A stretch of 64,000 bases of DNA from an uncultured Atopobium sp. (GTDB taxonomy: Bacteria; Actinomycetota; Coriobacteriia; Coriobacteriales; Atopobiaceae), in NCBI GenBank assembly GCA_963524285.1, contig CAURGZ010000002.1, positions 14,287-78,286 on the forward strand, written 5' to 3'. The position numbers and the translations under genes were made by a program. A model generated the notes under the pieces. The model did no database searches. It was not told where the DNA came from and saw only the letters and a program-made list of their open reading frames with translations. Of this stretch, positions 49,242 through 56,354 are shown one piece after another; positions within the stretch are counted from its first letter, which is position 1, and every line of letters starts with the position of its first letter.

Positions 49242-49646
49242 TTAAGCAGAAAGCTTTGCACCAAGGCCGCGAAGAGCCTCAAGAGCATCGTCATCTGGCT
49301 CAAGGTTGCAGATAAAAGTCTCAACAACGTTGACACCCTCTGCTTCAGCATTCTGCTTCCAAGTCTCCATCCAGTCGCCGGTTCCCCAGTCGTAAGAACC
49401 AAAGAGAGCGGTTGGCTTCTGACCAAGCTTGCCAGCGCAATCGTTGAAGAGCTCCTCAAAATCAGGATCAAGCTCCTCGTCACCCATAGCAGGGCAACCA
49501 AAAGCAAATGCATCGTACTGATCGCACATATCTGCAGAAAACTCAGAAGACTCAATAGCCTCGGTATCTGCTGCGCTTGCAAGCTCTTTTGCCATTGCCT
49601 CAGTATTGCCCGTCATGGACCAATACACAACTGCTACTTTACTCAT
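49242..49646 (-). CDS. Short-chain flavodoxin
   Basis: YWSMTGNTE, GCPAMG.E, FGSYDWG. Confidence 0.93.
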   Translation of the reverse strand: MSKVAVVYWSMTGNTEAMAKELASAADTEAIESSEFSADMCDQYDAFAFGCPAMGDEELDPDFEELFNDCAGKLGQKPTALFGSYDWGTGDWMETWKQNAEAEGVNVVETFICNLEPDDDALEALRGLGAKLSA

Positions 49647-49730
49647 ACATTTCCTCCTTCTGTGTCCAGGTTCCCCCTGGAAAACTACACATTACTTTCA
49701 ATACCTCAACAAGAAATCCAAGCACACCCC

Positions 49731-50477
49731 TTATGCAACCTGACATTTCTTGGTATTGCCATACGATGAGAGAATCTGCGCTAAAGATTCCCCTTGATAA
49801 AAACGATGCTTGCACTGGTCTTCTGCATCTTTAAGTCTCTCGAGACGAAGGCGAGTTTCTTCCGTGTTGTCATAGACTTTCCAAGCACCAGTAAAAAGCT
49901 CAGACTGTCCATTCATAAAGCCTTGAACATCAGCAAGTGGATAGCCCAGTACCAGTCCAATCTCGTGCGGAAACGCGGCTTTTCTTGCGTGAAAAGCAAA
50001 AATTCTTGAACGCATGCTCTTCATCAACGCCTGCACTGACTCAGTGGAATGGCCAAAGGCAGCCAGAAATTCACAGTGCTCTGATTTGGCGAGAATATCC
50101 TCAACAAGCTCAGGTCTATAGGCAACAAACGTCACCTTTCCGCCAGAAATAGCAGAGGTAGCAAGGAGCGTTACCCCAAACAGTGAGAGCTCGTGAGTAG
50201 CGTTGCAGAGAAATGACCTCAACGTTGGATCAGTGCAGACGAGGCTTGCGCAAGAGCTACAAGACTTATGAGAAGCAAATGAAAAGAGCGCAGCCGGCTT
50301 AACGTGAGCAATAACACCAGCAGCACAGCGAACAAATGTTGTTGCAAAATCGTGACAGAGCTCGGGAGTATACGCTCTCCCGCCCTCATTAAAAACAGGC
50401 TTTTTATCAGCGGAATAGGTATAGGGAGAAGGAACGTCTAGGAGCGATGAATTCTCAAAAGAAGTAAGACAATCCAT
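49731..50477 (-). CDS. DUF3793 family protein
   Basis: CA.VIA.VKPAALF, FPHEIGLVLGYPLADV.GF, WKVY; adjacent to flavodoxin. Confidence 0.85.
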   Translation of the reverse strand: MDCLTSFENSSLLDVPSPYTYSADKKPVFNEGGRAYTPELCHDFATTFVRCAAGVIAHVKPAALFSFASHKSCSSCASLVCTDPTLRSFLCNATHELSLFGVTLLATSAISGGKVTFVAYRPELVEDILAKSEHCEFLAAFGHSTESVQALMKSMRSRIFAFHARKAAFPHEIGLVLGYPLADVQGFMNGQSELFTGAWKVYDNTEETRLRLERLKDAEDQCKHRFYQGESLAQILSSYGNTKKCQVA

Positions 50478-50497
50478 ACCGTACTTGCTCCCTTCTT

Positions 50498-50642
50498 AAA
50501 AATGCGCCGTCGACTAAAAGGGAGCCGACGGCGCCTGGATTCCGGACCCTTGGAGAGGGGAAAGGTTCCGGGCTGATAAAGCAATTTTGTTAGAACTAGC
50601 TCCTGTTATATAAAAACCTTAACAAGTTAACCTCTTCTAACT
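50498..50642 (-). ncRNA. Candidate iron-regulated sRNA / leader RNA 1 (CCCUCUCC loop)
   Basis: Promoter TTGCAT-16-TACACT; hairpin CCGGAACC-[UUUCCCCUCUCCAA]-GGGUCCGG; terminal hairpin GCGCCGUCGGCU/AGUCGACGGCGC plus U-tract; no ORF. Ends are approximate. Confidence 0.55.
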
Positions 50643-50676
50643 ATTTAAAGTGTAAGCCATAGCTAACTAAATGCAA
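50626..50676 (-). promoter_or_regulatory. Promoter with two DtxR-like boxes
   Basis: GTAAG-CCATAG-CTAAC (50652-50667) overlapping the spacer and GTTAA-CCTCTT-CTAAC (50626-50641) at the predicted start site. Confidence 0.65.
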
Positions 50677-50708
50677 GAGAAAACTCAAAATATTTTTACT
50701 TTTTGACA

Positions 50709-50749
50709 GAAAAAAGCTCCCGCCTCTTACAAATAAGAAACGGGAGCTC
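50709..50749 (-). terminator. Terminator of the P1B-ATPase operon
   Basis: AGCTCCCG..TCTTA...TAAGA..CGGGAGCT with A-run. Confidence 0.7.
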
Positions 50750-50792
50750 TAACGCGATCTAAAGAAGCGCTTTGTTGACGCACAAGTGCGCT

Positions 50793-52961
50793 CTAGGCAG
50801 CTTGTCCTTCAGTTAAAAGCATCTTTACCTCAGAAGGAACATTAGGGTTATGAGCTGCAGTGGTAAGCAGTGACCTTGTGTTTGCAAGCGTTACCATAAG
50901 TGTCAGAAGATTGTGCATATATGCAGCAGCACTTACGGTAATAAGACCTGCAACGCCTGCAGCAATGAAAGAGCTGTTCAGCGCAACAATCGTACGATAG
51001 TCGGCGTGAATCCTCTTCATTACCTGCTGGCCTAAAAGACGCATGATTACCAGCGATTCAAGCGAATCATTCTTAATCGAAATATCCGCAACTGCGCGAG
51101 CAATATCAGTTGCATCAGACAGAGCCAGTGAAACATCAGAAACAGCTAGTGCAGGTGAATCGTTAATACCATCGCCTACCATTGCAACGGTGTAGCCCTC
51201 CTGCTGGAACTTCTTAACATACTCACACTTATCCTCTGGGAGAATCTGTGCCACATAGTCATCAAGACCCAGCTTCTTAGCAACACTTGCTGCAACGTTT
51301 TCTGAGTCGCCAGTCAACATAACCATACGCTTAACACCAAGAGCACGGAGCTGCGTAATAGTTGCTGCTGCATCTTCCCTTACAGGATCGGTAATACAAA
51401 TTGCTGCAATAAGTTTTGAATCCTCGGACATAAAGATAATGGACGAGGTTGGAGCAATCTGTGCAAGGTCGTCTTGAATTCCCTCGGGCATTGGGGTCTT
51501 CTCGTCATCAAAAATGAAGTGAGCTGAGCCAATGCAGACCTCTTTGTCGTTAACCTTGGTACGAATACCGTGAGCAACAACATACTTAACCTCTGCGTGG
51601 AACTCGTCATTGTGCTTGAGGCCACGTACCTTTGCCTCGTTCACAATTGCTCGAGCCATGCTGTGTGGGAAGTGCTCCTCAATACATGCAGCAAGACGCA
51701 GAAGCTGGTCCTCGGTGCGACCACAGAAGCTGACAATGCACTCAACATGTGGAACTGCCTTTGTCAGCGTACCGGTCTTATCAAAGACGATAAGATCAGC
51801 CGCAGCAATCTTCTCGAGGTATTTTCCGCCCTTAACCGTCATGCCAAACTTAGCTGCCTCATCCATTGCGCTACCCACTGCAACAGGAGTGGAAAGCTTA
51901 ATGGCGCAGGAATAGTCAACCATAAGAACGGTCATAGCCTTAGTGATGTTTCGGGTAATGCCCCAAATACCAAAGAAGGCAAGGAAGCTGTAAGGAACCA
52001 ATGCATCAGAAAGGCGCTCTGCCTTAGACTGTGCGCCAGCCTTAAGCTCAGCAGACTGCTCAACCATATCAACAATATTGTCGATACGAGACATTCCTGG
52101 AGGAGCAGTGACGCTTACCATGAGGTCACCGTCTTCAAGGGCGGTGCCTGCGTAAACGGTTGAGCCAGGCTCTTTGGTTACAAGGCGGGACTCACCTGTC
52201 ATGGCAGCCTCGTTCATCTGGCCAATGCCTTCAACAACTTTGCCATCAACAGGAAGAACGCCACCAGCGCGCTGGTGCAAAATCATGCCCTTCTCAACCT
52301 CAGAAAGGGCAATCATAACGTCCTTACCGTCAATACGAGCCCAGACGTTCTCAGAACGGGTAATTAGGCCATCACGAAGTGCAAGACGTGCTCGGCTTGC
52401 CACGTGGTTCTCCATAGCTGCAGACAGCTCAAGCAAGAACATGACCGTAGATGCATCTGCCCACTCATTTCTTAGAATTGAAGTGGTGATAGCAGTTGCG
52501 TCCAAAACCTCAACGGTCAGCTCTTTCTTAAACAGGCGCTTAACGCCTTCCACGACAAATGGAATGGCGCGGAAAATAACGTAAGCGTAGTTAGCAACTG
52601 CAGGCAGTGGCAAAGAACGCATAATCCAGCGGCGTGCGAATGTGGTCACAACCTCCATCTGGAAACGATTGTTCTCAAGAGCCATCTCAATTGAGCTGCA
52701 GAAGTCTTCAAGACCTGCCTCTTCTTCTCGAGGCAAGTTCAAGACATCAAAGGCGCCAACAGCCGCAAGTACCTGATCTCTCTTGAGAGGATCAAATCTT
52801 AGCAAGAGAGAACCGTTTGCCATGTGAACTTCAGCGTGACGAACTCCGTCAACACGCATCAGCTCATAGGAAATACCACGGGCTTCAGCCTCAACAATAT
52901 GACCCAGGTCGCATTTTGCACGAATGCGACCTGAGATTTCATTAGTAATTGTGAAGCGCAT
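50793..52961 (-). CDS. Heavy-metal P1B-type ATPase, SCA-motif (P1B-6-like)
   Basis: TGES, DYSCA, DKTGT, GDGINDSPAL; N-terminal HMA-like domain without CxxC. Confidence 0.9.
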   Translation of the reverse strand: MRFTITNEISGRIRAKCDLGHIVEAEARGISYELMRVDGVRHAEVHMANGSLLLRFDPLKRDQVLAAVGAFDVLNLPREEEAGLEDFCSSIEMALENNRFQMEVVTTFARRWIMRSLPLPAVANYAYVIFRAIPFVVEGVKRLFKKELTVEVLDATAITTSILRNEWADASTVMFLLELSAAMENHVASRARLALRDGLITRSENVWARIDGKDVMIALSEVEKGMILHQRAGGVLPVDGKVVEGIGQMNEAAMTGESRLVTKEPGSTVYAGTALEDGDLMVSVTAPPGMSRIDNIVDMVEQSAELKAGAQSKAERLSDALVPYSFLAFFGIWGITRNITKAMTVLMVDYSCAIKLSTPVAVGSAMDEAAKFGMTVKGGKYLEKIAAADLIVFDKTGTLTKAVPHVECIVSFCGRTEDQLLRLAACIEEHFPHSMARAIVNEAKVRGLKHNDEFHAEVKYVVAHGIRTKVNDKEVCIGSAHFIFDDEKTPMPEGIQDDLAQIAPTSSIIFMSEDSKLIAAICITDPVREDAAATITQLRALGVKRMVMLTGDSENVAASVAKKLGLDDYVAQILPEDKCEYVKKFQQEGYTVAMVGDGINDSPALAVSDVSLALSDATDIARAVADISIKNDSLESLVIMRLLGQQVMKRIHADYRTIVALNSSFIAAGVAGLITVSAAAYMHNLLTLMVTLANTRSLLTTAAHNPNVPSEVKMLLTEGQAA

Positions 52962-52964
52962 GAA

Positions 52965-53267
52965 TTATGCCTGTGCGCCCTCTGCGTCGACCTGCTTGGT
53001 AACCTCAGCGCGGATACCCTCCTCGAGCTCAGCAAGGCGAGCGCGAACTGCAGCGTCGATCTTGGACTCACGGCGAGCCTCAGCGACAACGTCGTTAGCC
53101 TCGTCAACAACGTTCTGAGTCTCTGCGGAAACGCGGTCAGTTACGCGAAGACCATAGGCAGTTGCTTTGACAGCTGCCTTGTGAAGAGTGCCGTTAGAAG
53201 CAAGACCAGCAACAACGCCAGCAAGTGCAGCGCCACCGGCTGCGAGACACCAATTGTTCAGTTTCAT
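52965..53267 (-). CDS. Small P1B-ATPase-associated protein (DUF1490-like)
   Basis: Gly/Ala-rich hydrophobic N-terminus, KAAVKATAYGLR...VVAEAR. Start set at ATG 53267 (SD GGAGG). Confidence 0.75.
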   Translation of the reverse strand: MKLNNWCLAAGGAALAGVVAGLASNGTLHKAAVKATAYGLRVTDRVSAETQNVVDEANDVVAEARRESKIDAAVRARLAELEEGIRAEVTKQVDAEGAQA

Positions 53268-53557
53268 AAAATCCTCCATCTGCTTTTTGCAAATTAATCG
53301 GTTAATGACCTATTGAAGATAAAATTATTATACGAAAAAAACAAGTGAAAATCATTACTAATTAGTTATCCTAATGAAACAATTGTGCACAAGTAATTTC
53401 TTACCTGCGAAAACGTTTCCTATGGTTAGCCATGGTGTACATATAAATTTTGTGAAGATGCCGCTCTGAAGCGTTACTTAAATTATTGATATTTGCTCAT
53501 ATGGGCTATCAATTAAATGAAAAAATAACATTCTTTCTATGTCGTTATTGTGAAATT

Positions 53558-53580
53558 TAAATTGTGTACAATTTATTTGT
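53558..53580 (+). promoter_or_regulatory. Putative OhrR/MarR operator
   Basis: TAAATTGTGTACAATTTA palindrome overlapping TACAATT-T-ATTTGT, close to the OhrR box TACAATT-N-AATTGTA; upstream of gpx-ohrR. Confidence 0.6.
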
Positions 53581-53668
53581 GTTAGGTTACAGCTACTGGG
53601 GTACACTACCCAAAGAAAATAAGTCATCCAATGCTTCGGACAATCCGCGGCTTGTTGAAAGGAACATC

Positions 53669-54223
53669 ATGGCAAACACCAACATCTATGACCTCTCCGT
53701 AGAAGAGCGTGACGGCTCCGTAACTTCCCTCTCCTCTTTTGATGGAAAGGTTCTTCTGATTGTCAACACTGCAACCGGTTGCGGCTTTACCCCACAGTAT
53801 GAGGATCTTGAGCGCATTTATGCTGCTTATAAAGATCAAGGCTTTGAGATTTTAGACTTCCCTTGCAATCAGTTTGCAGGCCAAGCCCCAGAGTCCGATG
53901 AAGAGATTCACCAGTTCTGCACTATGAAATTTGGCACCGATTTTCCACAGTTCAAGAAGGGCGACGTCAACGGAGAGACCGCAAATCCTCTCTTTGAGCG
54001 TCTTGCAACAGCTTTCCCCTTCCAAGGCTTTGGTAGGGGCATCAAGGCCCTTGCGCTGGATAAATTTGCGAAGGCAAACAACAAGAAGTTTGGTGACAAG
54101 GCTTATATCATGTGGAACTTCACTAAATTCCTTGTAGACCGCCAGGGAAACGTTGTTGCACGCTTTGAGCCAACCACCGATATGGCAGAAGTTGAGTCTG
54201 CAATTAAAAACCTACTTGCGTAA
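53669..54223 (+). CDS. gpx: Glutathione peroxidase family protein (Cys-type)
   Basis: NTATGCGFTPQY, DFPCNQF, WNFTKFL. Start set at ATG 53669 (SD AAGGA). Confidence 0.93.
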   Translation: MANTNIYDLSVEERDGSVTSLSSFDGKVLLIVNTATGCGFTPQYEDLERIYAAYKDQGFEILDFPCNQFAGQAPESDEEIHQFCTMKFGTDFPQFKKGDVNGETANPLFERLATAFPFQGFGRGIKALALDKFAKANNKKFGDKAYIMWNFTKFLVDRQGNVVARFEPTTDMAEVESAIKNLLA

Positions 54224-54244
54224 GGCGAGAGGACCGATTTACTC

Positions 54245-54760
54245 ATGAGTTCTTCTCAAAAAGAAATACAGTCCGTTGCAGCCGCTAGCACTTTTGCTAG
54301 CGGCTCTTCTACACTCGACAACTCCCCCGATATCCCCGAGCTTCTCCTCAAAAACCAGCTCTGCTTCCCGCTCTACAGTGCCTCAAAAGAAGTGGTGCGA
54401 AGGTATACGCCGCTGCTTAAGCCCTTTAATCTAACGTATACACAATATATTGCCATGATGGCGCTTTGGGAACATGAATCCTTGGATGTCAAAACCTTAG
54501 GTGAGTTTTTATTTCTTGATTCAGGCACCTTAACTCCACTTCTTAAAAAGCTTGAGGAGAAGAGCCTTGTACTGCGTCAAAAAACAAACAAAGACGGACG
54601 TCAGCTAATTGTTTCTCTTACCCAAAAAGGCAAAGACCTTAGGCGAGAAATTCAAGTGGTTCCACATCAGATTGGCTCATGCGTTAATCTCTCGCCCGAA
54701 GAAGGCGCTGAACTTAAACGACTGCTTTTAAAGGTTCTTTCTAACGTTACAGAAAGCTAG
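54245..54760 (+). CDS. MarR family regulator, OhrR-like
   Basis: QLCFPLYS redox Cys motif, LTYTQY, LDSGTLTPLLKKLE. Confidence 0.88.
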   Translation: MSSSQKEIQSVAAASTFASGSSTLDNSPDIPELLLKNQLCFPLYSASKEVVRRYTPLLKPFNLTYTQYIAMMALWEHESLDVKTLGEFLFLDSGTLTPLLKKLEEKSLVLRQKTNKDGRQLIVSLTQKGKDLRREIQVVPHQIGSCVNLSPEEGAELKRLLLKVLSNVTES

Positions 54761-54767
54761 ATTTACT

Positions 54768-55940
54768 ATGACCCAATCACAGGTAACCATTACCTCTTCT
54801 GAACGTGAAACTGCCATTGTACGCACTAGCGCCATTGGCATTGCAGCCAATGTTGCCCTTGCGGCATTCAAAGCAGCTGTGGGCATTTTATCTAACTCAA
54901 TTGCCGTTACTCTTGATGCGGTGAACAATCTCTCCGATGCAATTTCATCAATCATCACCATTGTGGGAACCAAACTCTCTAACAAAAAAGCTGATCGCGA
55001 GCACCCCTTTGGACACGGACGCATCGAATACATCACTACAACAGTAATTGCTGCAATCATTATGTATGCAGGTATTTCTTCACTCATCAAATCTATCCAA
55101 GACATCATAGATCCTGTTACTCCAGACTATAGTCCCCTGTCTTTAGTCATCATTGCAGTAGCTGTGCTCGTAAAGATTATTTTGGGTCACTACGTCCGCT
55201 CTGTAGGTAATCGCGTAAACTCCGACACCCTTATTGCATCTGGTTCAGATGCACTTTTTGACGCTACACTCTCCACTTCTGTTTTATTAGCTGCGCTTAT
55301 CTTTATCTTTACAAAAATCAGTCTTGAAGCATATGTGGGCGTTATTATCTCTGTGTTTATCATTAAAGCTTCAATTGAGCTGTTACAGGGATCTATCAAA
55401 GAAATTATTGGTATGCGTCCTGACGCTGCTCTTTCAACACTTATTTACAACATTGTGAAAGAAGATCCAGACGCAGAAGGCGTCTACGACCTTATTATCC
55501 ACAGCTATGGCCCAGATAAATTTGTTGGCTCATTCCACACTGAGGTTCTTGATACCACTTCAGCTATTGAGATTGATACGATGACTAGGCGTCTGAGTAC
55601 AGAGATTTACAAGCAGACATCAGGCAAAATAATCATTGCTGCTATTGGTATTTATGCGAGAAACACCACCGATAATCGCATTGTAAAGATGCGTACTGAA
55701 GTAACTGAAATGGCTTTAGCTCATGAAGGTGTTCTTCAAGTTCATGGTTTTATTGCTGACATTGAAAATCAATTTATGGCATTTGACACTGTTATCGAGT
55801 TTGGTTATGACGGCAAACAAATTGTTCACGATATTATTCATGAAGTAGAAGCAGCCTACCCTGACATGAACGTCTCGGTTCTTTTGGACCGCGATACAAG
55901 CGATCTTTCTGAACATGAAGAAGACAGAGACTTGCACTAA
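54768..55940 (+). CDS. Cation diffusion facilitator (CDF) transporter
   Basis: DAVNNLSD, ADREHPFGHGRIEY, extended C-terminal domain. Confidence 0.92.
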   Translation: MTQSQVTITSSERETAIVRTSAIGIAANVALAAFKAAVGILSNSIAVTLDAVNNLSDAISSIITIVGTKLSNKKADREHPFGHGRIEYITTTVIAAIIMYAGISSLIKSIQDIIDPVTPDYSPLSLVIIAVAVLVKIILGHYVRSVGNRVNSDTLIASGSDALFDATLSTSVLLAALIFIFTKISLEAYVGVIISVFIIKASIELLQGSIKEIIGMRPDAALSTLIYNIVKEDPDAEGVYDLIIHSYGPDKFVGSFHTEVLDTTSAIEIDTMTRRLSTEIYKQTSGKIIIAAIGIYARNTTDNRIVKMRTEVTEMALAHEGVLQVHGFIADIENQFMAFDTVIEFGYDGKQIVHDIIHEVEAAYPDMNVSVLLDRDTSDLSEHEEDRDLH

Positions 55941-55959
55941 AAGCAAGTAAATACATCCT

Positions 55960-56079
55960 AAAAAGGGGCGAGCCGCTGACACCCAGAGTCAGCGGCTCGT
56001 GTTCTACGCTCGCAAGAAAGGGAGAGGGTCTTTCTCCGAGCTACGGGAACCTAAATAAAGCAAGCAAGTAAATTGCTTA
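55960..56079 (-). ncRNA. Candidate iron-regulated sRNA 2 (CCCUCUCC loop)
   Basis: Promoter TTGTAA-17-TACTAT; hairpins AAGCAA/UUGCUU and GCUCG.AGAAAG-[ACCCUCUCC]-CUUUCU..CGAGC; 12-bp stem CGAGCCGCUGAC/GUCAGCGGCUCG then CCCC and a U-tract; no ORF. Ends are approximate. Confidence 0.6.
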
Positions 56080-56084
56080 AAAAC

Positions 56085-56174
56085 ATAGTAAGTTAACCGA
56101 GGGAAACTTACAAGGATTTTTTTAGTTTTTTTATCTGATTTCGTAAACTCTACAAAAAGTTAGACTAAGTTTAC
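56085..56174 (-). promoter_or_regulatory. Promoter with DtxR-like boxes
   Basis: -35 at 56108-56113 and -10 at 56085-56090; GTTAA-CCGAGG-GAAAC (56092-56107) in the spacer; GTTAG-ACTAAG-TTTAC (56159-56174) upstream. Confidence 0.55.
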
Positions 56175-56292
56175 ATATCTATGGATTTTTATCTTAAATC
56201 AAGAAAGTCCGAGATAAATGTGTATTCTCGCCCTTGTTTTTGAATGACCTTTTCAAACATACCTGCCTCTGGTGCGCTTTTTAAATTGGCAC

Positions 56293-56326
56293 AAAAAATC
56301 CCCCGCGCCGAATTGGCGCGGGGGAT
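56293..56326 (-). terminator. feoB terminator
   Basis: ATCCCCCGCGCC...GGCGCGGGGGAT with A-run. Confidence 0.85.
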
Positions 56327-56354
56327 CAGGTCAGCGTACTAATCTAGTAGTAGC

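Noticed and set aside
50498..50642. Known riboswitch (cobalamin, FMN, NiCo, yybP)
   Set aside because: Their conserved cores were not recognisable by eye; an Infernal/Rfam search is needed to exclude them formally.
45207..53410. Recurring TTACCTGC(G) in intergenic DNA (also near 2241)
   Set aside because: Short, few copies, and no consistent position or functional link.
53669..54223. Possible selenocysteine recoding in gpx
   Set aside because: The active-site codon is TGC (Cys) and there is no in-frame TGA.
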